Assembly: GCA_965153285.1 (NCBI GenBank)
Contig: OZ229113.1
Strand: one strand, 5' to 3'
Length of the DNA stretch: 64,000 nt
Source: Podarcis tiliguerta
Lineage: Eukaryota
The translations under genes were made by a program, and so were the position numbers. Under the pieces are notes generated by a model that ran no database searches, was not told the origin of the DNA, and saw only the letters and a program-made list of their open reading frames with translations. This document shows positions 37,753 to 51,074 of this stretch, piece after piece; the stretch's first letter is position 1, and each line of letters opens with the position of its first letter.

Positions 37753-38160
37753 TGTTGTTGCATGCTACCCCAATCTGGGAGTAGTGTGAGATTCCAGGGG
37801 TTCTACGTTCATGTTTCCTTTGGAATGAGATGCAGCAGAGACTGTGGTATCTTTATGATACACAATTTATTTGCATGTGTAGACAACCTGAACCTGTGAT
37901 GGAGGGGTTCACAGCATTAACACCCGAAGACGGACTTACTTCTCCTATAGCCGCAGCCTTGGATCCTAGCAGAAATCAGCTTTGGTGCTCTCACCCCCCC
38001 ACCCGATCTCGGCGCTACCCACATGACCCATCTCTGTGCTCCTTCCTTCATCCACCCAGCCGATCTTGGCGCTTTCGACCTGCCCCATATCTGTGCTTCT
38101 TTTGCCTGTTCACCCCCTACCTTCAGTTGCCACCTCCACCTCCTGCTCCTCCACCAGCAC
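37753..38160 (-). mobile_element. Probable LTR fragment
   Basis: Minus-strand end ...CAACA with AATAAA (plus tttatt ~37866) upstream; other end not defined. Confidence 0.45.
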
Positions 38161-39452
38161 AGTAGATATATTTCTGGAAGCCAGCTTCTGGAATTGCTGT
38201 GACGGAAGGAGGTAGAAGAATAGCAATGTGAGAGAGGCAAGATAGGTTTTGCTTTTGTTTTTTGGTCCCACATTCTAGTGTGAACCAAATTGACTTGTGC
38301 CATAATGCAGAAGCAAAAAACAGCCGTCTTTTGGTTCTACCCTCTGGCATTGCCAGAGCATGGGAGCCAAAACAGGACGTCAGCAATTGGGATTAGAAGC
38401 TGGGAAGGCTGCTCTCAATCCAGGATGTCCCGCTTAAACCAGGACACTTGGAGGATATACAATATTTTGGTTTTAGCTTCTAAGTTGCACTTAGTAACCT
38501 CAACTGAACCTATATTGTGCTTATACTGAGGTTTTTAAAAGTGCAAGTTATTTTGTAGTTTTGAGTTGTAGCTATGTCTCGTTTAGAAAACTGGGCAGAT
38601 TTTTAACCGGTTTTAAACTGCACTGAAAGCTGAAACTTCTGCATTTTACACTTTTTAACCTAAAACACTGAAGCACTTGATCTAAATTCTGTGTGTCAAA
38701 CATGATGAACTTTAAAAAAAGCAATACACAAATATTTTTGGCCAGAGGTGATAGAGAGATAGTGAAAAGCAAACAAGCAACATATATGTATATGGTGGGC
38801 AACAAAGGCTCTCCGTGTAGCCTTGAATTCTTGTAAAAATCAGTTACATGCCTGTAGCTTACATTTCTTTTCTAGATGGCAGATGCTCAGGAACACATTA
38901 TTATAGCTCTGAGGTGAACCCTCCCTAAGCATATTTGATATGCTGACACAAGCATACAGCGAGGTATATATGTAAAATATATTTCAAGTCATCTCCCTCT
39001 GTAGTTCAAAACAACCCAGGAAGGAATCAGATGTCAGATATTGTGCAATTTGGTTCTAGCACTAAAAGCACAGAAAGGACAAAAAACAGCAATTAAATCC
39101 ACTATTCCAAACCCACTATTATCCAGACCTAAAAATATTATTGAAGAAGTGGGTAGACAATATAATACTCTGCTTGATAAAGATCCCGGCTTATCAACTT
39201 TGCTTCTCATACTAAAAGTGTGCAAAATCAAGAATAACTGCATGCAAGGATGCAGTCTGCTATGCTCCCAGCTTGCAATACCTGATACAAGCTACTCATG
39301 GGAGAGTGATTTGTTAGGAGGAAGCAAAATAATCCCTATTATATTCCCTTCTCCCACAATATGAAAATAGAAACTAAGCCTAGAATTGTAAATACTCAGG
39401 AATGTCTTTGAGTAAACATTCACTTGCTACCCCCCAAAAGCAAATAAGTTTA

Positions 39453-39543
39453 TGACCGCAATCCTATACCATATTTACCAGGGAGTAAATCCTATTAAAG
39501 TCAGTGGAGTTTGCTTTGTATTCAGCAGGTATAGGATTGTGAT
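39453..39543. mobile_element. Short (~90 bp) palindromic non-autonomous element
   Basis: caatcctatacc ... ggtataggattg perfect 12-bp inverted ends; decayed relatives near 16885, 46465 and 62140. Confidence 0.75.
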
Positions 39544-41399
39544 GTAAGAAATTTACTTGGTGTAATAATCAACTTTCTCCCCCTCCTATAGTCACTTTAA
39601 ACTCCAATGTATTTTCTTTGTTCTTTCTTTTTCTGTAACTCCCTCCAGATTAAATATTTTAGGCAGATTGTATTTGCAAAAGAAACCTAATAAATCACCT
39701 TTAACATGGTGATTTTCCCACCTTGGTTGTCAGAGAGCAACACACTGTGTTGTCGTAATATTATACCATCTTTTAAAAGATGACTCCATCTGCATTGTAC
39801 ATTATCACATTATATGCATCATTACACTGTAACCATAAAAATGAAAATGAAAATATGATAAGGCCTTAACATCTTTATAACAATTTCAAGTTTGTGGGCA
39901 TGTGAAAAGCAATTCTCATTTGCAGGAGGTATATTCATTTCTAAAAAATAATGACCTAAAACTGATAAAAGTACAAGCATTGAATGTGTCTGCTTTGCAA
40001 TTTTGCATGTTTCTGCCACAGGCTCTGGATATCAGTTGTAATGAAAAAGGTATGACAGCTCTCCAGTAGAAAGAGACATTTGCCATAGCAAGGTGGGGAA
40101 AGAAGGTACTCCCAAGGTTTCAGGAAGAATCGCAGGCCTCAAGGGATACTTTGGAGCCTGTAGCCTTTGGAACAATATGTGTGGTGCTCAAGTAAAGTAT
40201 AGCAAGCAGACGATTTTGAAAGTGGTGCAGGAAGTAGAAGAAGATAGATGGACAGGGGCAAGGACAGAACAGTAGGCCCTCTAACTCCTCTATATGAATC
40301 AGTTGTTTGCTTTATGTTGGGAGTTTCTTCTTTGATTAAACACACAGTGACTCATGAAATGATTTTGTGGGTCTTGGGTGTGCTCAAGATCTCATTAGAT
40401 TTTCAGGTGAGAGGCGGGAATTGTTCCTTTATAAGGCTTTTTTAGACATCCAAGATGTTGACTGTTGCTGCTGAAGGCTTGTTATACGGGGAGGTATGTG
40501 CCCCGTTGGGAGGAGGTGAAAATTTAAGTTTCATCAGAATCTTCTTTTCCCTTTTGGGATTTCTTGGGTAGACTCCAGAGAGCTAGTGGTTTCTGCCTTG
40601 GGTTAAGGAAGCATGAGACAAGTTTGTTGGCCACTTTTTGTATTCTAATATTTTATTTTTCTTATGATTCAGGCCTAAGGGGCACCAAAGTAAGAGCAAG
40701 GCTTTTAAGAGCGTACAAGGTAATGTGTGCAGGTGCAATGAATAGGACTGTAAAGGAGAAAGTCACTTGGAAGTAAAGGCATAGAGATAGGTCAGGGAAA
40801 ATGTGTAGAAAACTTTAAGGTAAGGAAAATGAGTTTGGTCGATATATGAGGGGGTGGGAAGTATAGAGATCTGAGGAACAGTATCACATGTCTGTAATCA
40901 TAGATGGATATCACTGGGTTAAGCTGAACTTCATATCCTCCATAGACAGTAGTTGTGGTGACAAGTTGAGTACCCTGTGTTAGTCTTTGTTGTCTCAATG
41001 AAGTCTGTAGTTCAAATTATTAATGCTGAAAAATATTTAGGGTTTAGCTTGCAGCTGCTTGCAGTGGAGACTGGGGGAAGTAAACAAATAAGCAAGAAAT
41101 GCATACGATTAACAAGACTTGCTTGCAAAGAGAATAATAATTTGGAAGTTGTGGCTCTTTTGGAAACAGTCATAACTTGGAATTTGTCATACCTGCTGTA
41201 TTGTTTTGCAAGAGCAAAAATGGGCTTCCTAAGAAAAATCAGTGAGCATTAATTATGAGATGTGCAAAGCCAAATGTATTCCATTATTCTGCATGATAGA
41301 TAAAGAACAACATCTATGGCATTTATTAGAAATGTACCCCAAGCCTGCAGTCCAGCAAGGGCTGTAGCATGTGTGTATATGTGTGTGTGTGTGTGTGCT

Positions 41400-41740
41400 T
41401 GATTTATTTACTTGGGATATTTAAATACCTGGGAAGATTACAATAAAAATCTAGGGGGGGGGGAACGCCATTTAGCTAAAAATATTATAAAACAATAAAT
41501 TTCAGTAAATTTCAGGCAGCACAAAACAATCACAAAGTGCATAAAATGTTAACAGGTGTTACTTCCTAGTTAAATTTGGTATAAATACAAAAGGGAAAAA
41601 AAGATTAAAAGGTTTGCTCGGCACCAAAAAGAATGATGAAATGGTTGTGAGGCAAGTGGGGTGAGCATTCTGTAACTGGGGCGCTCCCACTGAGAAGCCC
41701 TTTGTCTCAGACCTGCTCCACCTACCCATTGAAGGCTTTC
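41400..41740 (-). mobile_element. Old L2 3' fragment
   Basis: gcaccaaaaaga...gagcattctgtaactggggcgctcccactgagaagccc resembles the reverse complement of 51078-51130. Confidence 0.6.
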
Positions 41741-42104
41741 TACACTTATCCTTTCTGCACAAATAGGTGTCCCATAATTGAAGTTAATGGTGCAGCTCAC
41801 AGGAATGGCAACACAGCACTTGTGCATCACACACATCACACACAAGGAGGGGGAGATTGCGGCCTGAGAAGGATTTTGAAGCACTTTTATAAGTCCGTCC
41901 AAAGCAAAATCAATAGAGTTATGCACTGTTACCTTGCTTTTTTTCATTCAAGTAGCTATTTTTACTGTATTTTTTATATTGGGGGTAATGTTTTAGATAC
42001 TTTTATGTTATGATTCATATTTAGAACTTTGAATTAAAAGATGTTAATGTTAAACTGATTTTCCATCATGCTGGACTTTTCAGGTAGCCTAATCCAATGT
42101 CAAA

Positions 42105-42133
42105 AATAAATAAATAAATAAATAAATAAATAA
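42105..42133. repeat. (AAAT)n microsatellite
   Basis: Direct observation. Confidence 0.95.
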
Positions 42134-42245
42134 GAATAAGAATCAATGAACATTTCAAAAATTAGTTTTTTAAAAGTCAGTGTCTGTTGAAGTAGACATG
42201 CCACCAGTTGACAGTACCTAAAGTCCCAATCTATATACTGTACAG

Positions 42246-42320
42246 CAGGGGTACCCAAACTTTTTTCAAAGACGGCCAGATATGATGAAGTGAACATGCG
42301 TGAGGGCCGACCAAAGTTGC
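42246..42320. mobile_element. hAT MITE left-end fragment
   Basis: CAGGGGTACCCAAACTTTTTT...GGCCAGA terminus; no partner end found. Confidence 0.65.
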
Positions 42321-44711
42321 TTTTTTAGGATTGAAGTTCTTTAGCTACCGTGGAAGCTAAAGGTGTCTTGGTTTTGACCATCCAATGCTTTCTTGTCATT
42401 TTGCCACATTCTGAGCTAGTTGTAGGAGGCTAGTACCACATGCTGAACACAAGTTGGATGAATACAGGGTGACAGAAAAAGTGAAGTTACCATAGGCTGC
42501 AAGGATGATGTGAATAAATCCTCATACTCTGTAAATCAGTTATTTCATTGCTCATTCACTTAGATTTGCTTGCACCACAGCCATAGATAGCAATCTAATA
42601 CAAGTCATTCCCATATTGGGGAAAAAAATCTTGCTCAATGTAGTCTAGCGATTAAGACATACCGTTGCTTCTGTGCACTGATTTAAAATGCATAGAGAAT
42701 CAAGAAGAATGTCATGGCTGAAACAATTGAAACATAAAGAAACAAAAGTTAGTAACTCTTATCAACTGGGTTTCCCATCTGTTTATGCTGCAGTGTACAT
42801 GTGTGGCATAGGAATCGGCAATAAAGATGAGGTACTTCTGTGCATTTTTAAAAAATAAGTTATTGGTGATAAAAGCATAATTATTCCTCTTTTTTCTGTC
42901 TGGACAGCTGTGTTGGCCCACTAAGAAGCATCAAATGAATGGTCATCTTGATACTCTAATGTTAGATAATCTCCTTTGCCCAGGTGGTATTAATAATCAT
43001 TAGTCTGGTACAGAGAACAACAAAAGGAAGTCCATCAAAGATTAATCACTGGAATTAAGTTTGTAGTAGGTTTTCTAGGGAAAATGGAAGTCTGTTGGAA
43101 AAGTGTTTCATCCAGAGATAATTATTCTATTTTTGAAAGAGATGAGGTGAAGAACTGAATGACCACAAACAATAAAATATATTATCCTCTTGCTCCATCA
43201 TCAAATGACTCTCGTTAGGTCCAAGCGAAAGGGTTTTTATCAAAGCTGCTTTCTGAATTCAGAGCTTGCATCTGTCTGCTGCATCAAAAAGGAAGAGAGA
43301 GAGAGGAAGCTCATCCATGTAATTGTACTTCCCATTAAATTTGCAGGCACATTTCATCTTTGCCATGTGGTGATCCTAAATTAGCAGGATCTACAAACAG
43401 AAGCTGAACTTATTACTCTGAACAAAAATGAGTCCAAGTTTAGCATCCATGAGCAATTCATTGCCCCATAATTATATCAAATGTGAAAACCGTCCATTGT
43501 TTACAAAAGCTGCCACTGCTGTCACAGGCACAGCCCTATCATAAGCAAAAGAATTAGATTTTTCCAAATTACTTTCAACTGGTTGAGCAGCAGAGTCCTT
43601 CTATCTGTTCAACACATGAAGAGAGAATCATTCCAAAGTGTGATGTGCTTTTGTAGGTTTTAATACAACTGATCTAAAATTTGAGAAAAAGAAAGAAAAA
43701 ACAAACTTGAGTAAAGATTCGAGCATAATTAGATATTTGTGTTTGTCTGTACATGCCTAATGTTGCATCTCAGTTTTCAAAAACACCAATAATCAGGTTA
43801 GTACAAGATAAATAAATATAGTTGCAAAAGATTCAATCTAAACAGATTTTTAATAAACTCGAAAGTTTAGGTGGTTTTATAAATGTGGTGTGAAAACCAC
43901 CATACCGTTTAACATTTATTACATTGAAATACCTTTCTCTTTGGAGTTCAAGGCAGTGAGCATGAACATTCCCTACTTTTCTTCCAATTTGATGTAAAGG
44001 TTTCTGATGTAAAGGTTCCTGAAGTTTAAGGAGCAGTTTTGCCCTATGTGTTGATACCATTAGACCCAATTTTGAATCAAGATTGATTAACCCATTCCAA
44101 ACTGCAAAAAGTGGACACCTCCGAAGATAACATGACCCAGTTTGGCACAATGGCTCCTAGGATGGAGGAGTGAGTTTTGATATATATTTGAATATTATTG
44201 GATAGCATTTTGAATCAAAATCGAGTGCTGAACCTTTCAAAGCTGCAGTGATTTTAACCACATTTGGCATGAAAGTAGGACTGTGCATCAGATTTGGCCT
44301 GAGCTTAAACCAAATTAGGCTGATACCAAGCCAAACTAAATCATTCCTTTTCCACAGTAGCAGCAGAGCAAAAATTTGACACAAAGGGTGACAATAGGCT
44401 GCATCTCCAGTCATGAAAAAATGCACAGGCCTCAAGGTAACTTGGGCTGCCAGAGAGGGATATGCAGGTGGATTTCCTGGCCTCTCCCACCTCTCTTCTC
44501 CCTACCACGAGGTTCAAACATCATTTGATATCCTCCCTGACATTGGGGCCAAACGAAATGAGATGCCGTTCATGACAGACTCAGAGGTATAGCAAGGTCA
44601 GGTGGTACCTGGTACGGAATTTTTTTTGTCACCCCCCCCCCCATTGAAATTATTAAAAGAAGGAAAAATAAGATACTTACAGTTGCAAGTGGTTATTTGC
44701 TGGTTTATTTA

Positions 44712-44970
44712 CCGTATTTTTCGCTCTATAAGACGCACCAGACCACAAGACACACCTAGTTTTTGGAGGAGGAAAACAAGAAAAAAAATATTCTGAATCT
44801 CAGAAGCCAGAACAGCAAGAGGGATCGCTGCATAGTGAAAGAAGCAACCCCTCTTGCTGTTCTGGCTTCTGGGATAGCTGCGCAGCCTGCATTCACTCCA
44901 TAAGACACACACACATTCCCCCTTACTTTTTAGGAGGGGAAAAGTGAGTCTTATAGAGCAAAAAATACGG
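44712..44970. mobile_element. TA-flanked MITE with CCGTATTTTT TIR and internal hairpin
   Basis: TA|CCGTATTTTTCGCTCTATAAGAC ... GTCTTATAGAGCAAAAAATACGG|TA. Confidence 0.93.
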
Positions 44971-45049
44971 TACTTAACATTGTGAGCATAAGCAGTTAAA
45001 TTCCCACCCCCCAACTTTGTTCTCACACCCCACCTCTGCTCCTGTGCGT

Positions 45050-45367
45050 TGCAGGGTTTGGGTCCTAAGTTGAGGAAGCTTTTGCTTCTCTCCTTCCCTC
45101 CCTCCTACGCTTGTTTGCTTGCCTGCCTCCTTCCCATCCTCTCCCTGTCTGCCTCCTCCAGCAGCCTGGGAGTGTGGGGCAATGGCACGCCACCCGCCTG
45201 CAACTCCCAAGCCTCCCCTGAGCTGTCAGTGGGGAAGGCCACTGGCAAAGCTCAGGGTAGGCTTAGGAGTTGCGGGCAGGTGGTGCACGGTGCACTGAAT
45301 GTCATCCCCCTCAGTGATGACATACGGGGTGGTTCGCCCCCACTGCACCCTCCTTCCTACAGCTCTG
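45050..45367. mobile_element. Decayed GC-rich DNA-transposon-like element
   Basis: Minus-strand start cagagctgtaggaaggagggtgcagtgggggcgaaccacccc...; GC-rich body; other end not defined. Confidence 0.45.
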
Positions 45368-47283
45368 TACAGACTAGGACTGTGGTGGACTGGCACATTA
45401 TTCATTTAAGATATTTTCCATGGTCTGGGGTAAATGTGCTAAATGACACGACTGTCTCACATAACAGCTGCATACTAGAAGATGAAAATTTACTACCACT
45501 ATACATTGCAATACCTGATAATTCCATGTAGACACATGAGGTAGGCAATTCCCCCCCCCCTTTTATTATTTACCAAAGCTCCCTTGGGTGGCTAATTGGC
45601 AGTCAGCTGACTACATGAAGCAGTAAAAAAATTCCTAGGCCACTACTACTTCCTGCAAAAGGAGCAAGGGAAAATGTGAAACTGGAACAAAGAAATTTTC
45701 AGGTAGCAAACTTCCAGAGCCACAACTCCAACCATTTTAGTCGTACCACTTATATTAAATTCAACATATTCTTATATGCAGGTGTCCACTTGATCAGGTT
45801 AATAGCCCCATCCAGCCTTCAGTTCCTAAATCATTTGTGCTCTGCAAGAAAAGAGCTGTCCTTGTGATGTAATTTAAAAGATAAAGGAAAACAGAGGCAA
45901 GAAGAGCTGTAAAAAACCTATATGATTTAAGCGGTTAATCAGTAAAAACTCTGGCATGTACGCACAGGAAGTTTTGCATCTGCTAGCATAATTCTCAGCA
46001 CTAAAATAATCCACCAATAGGAATGGAGAGAAGTTACGTGATGAATTGCTAGCAGCTGCATCTTAACTGCATAGTCAGGATTTTATAATAAGCCTGTAGG
46101 TAGTGCATCTCTGCATATATTTTTCTTTGGGATACCAAAAATATCCTTTCCAATGAAAGGCTTCAAAAGGCTACATCAGCTTGTAATAGTTTCTTTCTCT
46201 CTCCATCCTTATAGCAAGCACGTTAAAAATGCAAGTCATAGCAAATGCCAGTTATTCAGGCTGGGATATGTCAGCACCCTGATAAGTGTAGCAGCACATA
46301 GTGATTTTGCACTAGCATGTGAAGAGCTTATACTAATATGGCAGATCTATTTGTACAATATTTTTAGAATGAAGGAATCTAGTTTCTTTATTCAGACCTA
46401 AAGCTTATTTTATGACGCTGAGGTAATTACTACAATTGACTTTGGGTGAATGATGCCTGCTGCCTGCAATCCTCTGTCCACACACATGAGGCTAAGTTGC
46501 ATCAAGCACATCCCTTAATTGAACGGGAAACAAGTCACAGAGTGCTTGCAGGTGGAGCCCAAGGCATGATAAAGTTGCAGTAAACACAGGACAACCAAAT
46601 AGGGATTGAAACAGGTCGCAACTTTATTGATTACAGACCTCAGCAGATTTTGGCAAAGGCATTGGGTGTATATTCTGAATAAACTAGTGTGTAGCCAAAT
46701 AAACATAGTCTGCCATTTCATGCACTTCTTCCACTGAAGTATAGTTTTCACGGTCATAAAATGCTGTATGCAGTTGTGTATTTCAAGTATGTACCATTTA
46801 AATCAAAACAAGAACACTTTCTTAAATGAGTGTAAGCCATTGCAGAAGAAACAAATATGGTCATAGCAGGAGGAATGCAGCTTTCAGCAAAATGTAACAG
46901 AGGAAGAGCTTCAGGCAGTGATCCTTTATATGAAATTAGGGAGGCTATTTGCAGATGTGAAAGGCTGGGGGCAGGCAGGGGTTGGATCCAGGAGCATTTT
47001 TAGAAAGTGTTGTAGAGGACATGAGCCCTGGGTTTTCTGTGGTGGGCTTGGGATCTCTGGCACTTCCCTCCTCATAACTTTTTTTTTTTTTTTTTTACAA
47101 AATTGCTTGCAGGTTGCTGAGTACACCAGCCACCCGCCATTGTAATTTCCCAGAAGATCTATACATAACAAATTAGCACATGCAAATTTGTGCCATTGGC
47201 CTGTGCTCCAGGTACCTAGCAGTGACACTTGCATCATCTTTATCTGGAAGCTGATTCACTTTCAGCCTGTTGATCCTCATGTC

Positions 47284-47603
47284 CATGGGTAGGCAAACTA
47301 AGGCCTGGGGGCCGGATCCAGCCCAATCACCTTCTAAATCCGGCCCGCGGATGGCCTGGGAATCAGTGTGTTTTTACATGAGTAGAATGTGTCCTTTTAT
47401 TTAAAATGCATCTCTGGCTTATTTGTGGGGCCTGCCTGGTGTTTTTACATGAGTAGAATGTGCACTTTTCTTTAAAATCAATCTCTGGGTTATTTGTGGG
47501 GCATAGGAATTTGTTCATTTCCCCCTCAAAATATAGTCCGGCCCCCCAGAAGGTCTGAGGGACAGAGGACCGTCCCCCTGCTGAAAAAGTTTGCTGATCC
47601 CTG
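47284..47603. mobile_element. hAT (Charlie-like) MITE with internal ~70-bp duplication
   Basis: TIRs CATGGGTAGGCAAACT / AGTTTGCTGATCCCTG; TSD CTCATGTC vs CTCGTGAC (6/8). Confidence 0.88.
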
Positions 47604-48810
47604 CTCGTGACTATGACATCCAGCCTTTCTTTCAGTACCAGAATTTCATGCTCTGTTTTTCCTTACCACAGCTCCAGAGTTCACTTGCCAAGCTAATTTG
47701 AAATGCTGTGGGTTTTCAATCTCTCCCCCCCCCCCCATACAATGTGTGGAGCTGTTGTTTGCTGAAAGAAAGTGAAACATCCTGGTGCTCAACATGCAGA
47801 GTGTTCTTTGTATGGCAGCCTTTACTTGTTCTGCTGATAAGAAGATCCATTGATAAAAATGGAACTTGCTTAGGGTCACAGTGGAAAATAGGGGAGCAAT
47901 CAATCTCTTGGGTGTATTAGACTCACAGTGTTGGGAAGGTTGAAGAAATGATTTAGGAGCAACTACTGGCAGAAATCTAGCATCTCTGGTTAAAATGTAC
48001 TGTATGTTTAGTCCCCATCTCCCGCATTACAGAGCAGGATTGTTCCTGCATGAATTATTCAAAATATAGCCAATGGAAGAAAAGCTTTTCTGTCACACAT
48101 TTCAAAGGTCACAATCTAAAGCTGCTTACACTAGGACTAGCCCATTAAAGACCAGAAAAAAAGAAAGTAAATATTTTACATTCTGCACCAACAGTGCATT
48201 TGCATGCAATAATTTCTTCCCGTAGCCAAATTACTACAGTGCCCTGCTGACAAAATATTTTCAAAGTCTGTTTGAATGGCCTCAGCTTTCTGTCTTTCTT
48301 TTCCAGGTGGTTGCTTTGGATCCATGTGGTGCTGGGTTCTGCTGTTGTGTTTGTCTAACTAGGCAGTTTTCATTTCCCTAATGCCTTTAGTATGTTAGTC
48401 AATTCCAGCATTCAGTTTTTCCTTTGTTTTAGCACATAGACAGATTGCGGGGGAAATGGAGATTTAAATAAGTCACAGAAACTCTCCAGCACAGATGACA
48501 TAAAATCCACTTACAGAAGTAAATCATGCCCCTTGCAAGTTAATGTTCTGCAGTAATGAGAAAATCTGAAGTCAGTCGTACTAACGAAAGATCATAGCAT
48601 GGTATCTTCATGAGCTATTAAAAAAAAAATACAATGGAGAAAGCACAGCACTCATTAATAGGCCAATAGCTCTGGAAGCAAACAGAATGTGCAACTTGAA
48701 GTGATAATGGCTGGCCAGATATGAAATTTGGAATTTATTACTTAACGTTTATACAAAGATGATGGGAAACCAAGAAACAAAAATCATGTTATAAATATTT
48801 TGTTTTCCAT

Positions 48811-48913
48811 GCGGGAGGCCCCATTAGCTAAAGTGGTACCTCAGGTTAAGAACAGTTTCAGGTTAAGGACAGACCTCCAGAACGAATTAAGTTCTTAACC
48901 CGAGGTACCACTG
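48811..48913. mobile_element. Half copy of the 15724/24106 MITE
   Basis: ggaggccccattagctaaagtgg...TAACCCGAGGTACCACTG|TA; other half absent. Confidence 0.88.
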
Positions 48914-48973
48914 TAATGCAAAAAAACAACAAGAGGAAACAAACACGTAAAAAGGACAGTTTAGGTCTGCTTC

Positions 48974-49309
48974 AGTTGAGAAGGAAAACTAAAATATACT
49001 CGAAGTCGAGTGTGAATTTCATGCTCTTTTCAGCTCATAGTAGCAATGAATGAAACTTTCCCCAAAACGTCTGGCTATATATACATTATTTACACAATGG
49101 GCCCCACGTGATTGGCTAATTCCGGGCTGCTCCTGTAGACCAATCAGGTTGCTGATTCACTTCATCCAGGAGCCTGATTGGTTGCTCCTGCAGGCCATTT
49201 AGGTCGCTGATTCACTTCCGCCTGAAGCTGGATTGGGTGGCTCCTGTGGACCAATCAGACTGCTGCATTCTGGATCCTATTGTTCTAGGATTCAGCTCAG
49301 TACATAACA
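48974..49309 (-). mobile_element. Solo LTR (Gypsy-like)
   Basis: Minus strand starts TGTTATGTACTGAG; tandem ~55-bp CCAAT-containing units; TATATATA at 49076-49083; ends ...CTCAAC; no internal region adjacent. Confidence 0.75.
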
Positions 49310-51074
49310 AAAACGGTATCAGTGCCTTTACAGGAGGGCTCCCCAGCACTCTTGGCTTGAGATAATCTGACCAAAAAGCTGCCTATTTTCCCAGGGGTTT
49401 TGCAGTTACGGTTAAAATCTCTTCATGCAAGCTCCTTACATGGAAAAGGCAACCCTGTGTCTACAGTAACATAGGAAGCTGCAAGAACATGCCTACCTTT
49501 TCATTTTAGCCTTAGATTTTGGTAACACCCCAAAGAACAAACATTCTAAAGTAGTTTTTAATGGCATATCATCTTTCCGTGAAGGAAACTGCTAGTCACA
49601 TGAATAATGAGGTCAGTGCTATGCTGATATCATGTTACATAAAGGTGGGGGAGGGAGGAAGAAGCTGTAATGGAGATTTATGTATACTTAGCACTTCCCA
49701 AGATTGGGTGGTAAAATAATATTTACAAAGTGATGGTCATCCATGGTAGGGGAAATGTAACTACTGTCAAGAGTGACAGATATAACGAGTTTCTGCTGTA
49801 TGAACGTAATTGTACAAAGACAGCTGACTTTGCTTTGAACCTTTATTCTAATCATCTACAAGGGCGGGGGATATAGTTGCCTTGGTATGAAATGAGAAAA
49901 AAGTATAATTGAAAACTACAAAACGTGGCAATAGGTTCCAATAGAAACAGTATTGTGTAGAGATTTTAAATGGTGCCAGGCTCCTGTTACATTGACTACT
50001 CTGGAAGAACTGTTCCCTTTGCAAACAAGTGGGCATTCTGTTAAAGAAGTAATAATCTGAAGCACCACTCTTTACTAGAGTAAGTCAGTGTGGTTCTATA
50101 AGCATATGCCATTAATTTCTTTCAGGTGAGAATATGGTCTTTGTAAATGCTTGGAAACAGCATATGATTAATACTACGCATTTCTGTATAGCCAAGTGTA
50201 GCTGCATTTCTCTTTCCAGACTATGTGCAGCATTTAAACCAAACAACAGACAGCCACATTCTCTAGTACATACTACAGTGTAAAGTACATACTGTCTCTA
50301 TATGTGAAACGGCTTTCTGCATTCTGTTAAAAAAAAGGGCAAGGTTTTAAACTGAATTTTCACATCTCCAGCCATTTGCATTCTTACTTCTGCTGTCACC
50401 CTCTCTGCTTGATGAAATCAGCATCTATTGCTGTTTCCAGCTGATAGCTACAGATCAGTGCAGTTCAGACATCATCTGATCTACTGAGATGGCACTAAAT
50501 GGATGTGGTTGCATGGCCATGTAGAGTTGTAGTTTTGTGCTACAGCTAAAAGCCCATTGTCTGCTTCAGTGGAGATATAAACTGAAACAGCTGATAGAGT
50601 GCAACCTCATTTGAATACTTAAACACCCTCCCCATTTGAGCAGTAACTAATTTGCATAACAACACTCCTGTTCGCCGTCTATTACTTAAATGATGACTTG
50701 TGGAACATAGTTCACTAAGCACTGTAATAGGTATAAAGCATCCACTTGCAATCATACCTGTAGCTGAAATCTCTACAGTAGAATTAAGAAATCTAAAACA
50801 ATGTGCAGACCGCCATTCAAATTGAGAATCTATCCAGGCGTAGTGTAAAAGTATGTGAGAAAGAGCGCACACAGAATAGCAACTAGGTTGTAGAACCCAT
50901 TGCAATCAGTGTTGGGATGGGGTTTTGTTGGACATTCGTGAAATTTTCTGGAGTATGCTGGCTTAATGGGTGTCTTGCTGACAGTTCATTGAGAACTGGA
51001 AGAAAAACTGAAAAAATCCAAAGAGACCAAAAGGGGGAAAAAAGAAGAAAATAATAAAATATTCAATGTTGGAT

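Noticed and set aside
43990-44022. Short tandem duplications (tgatgtaaaggtt x2; also ctcagtaaatcaa x2 near 29271)
   Set aside because: Ordinary slippage duplications with no further structure.
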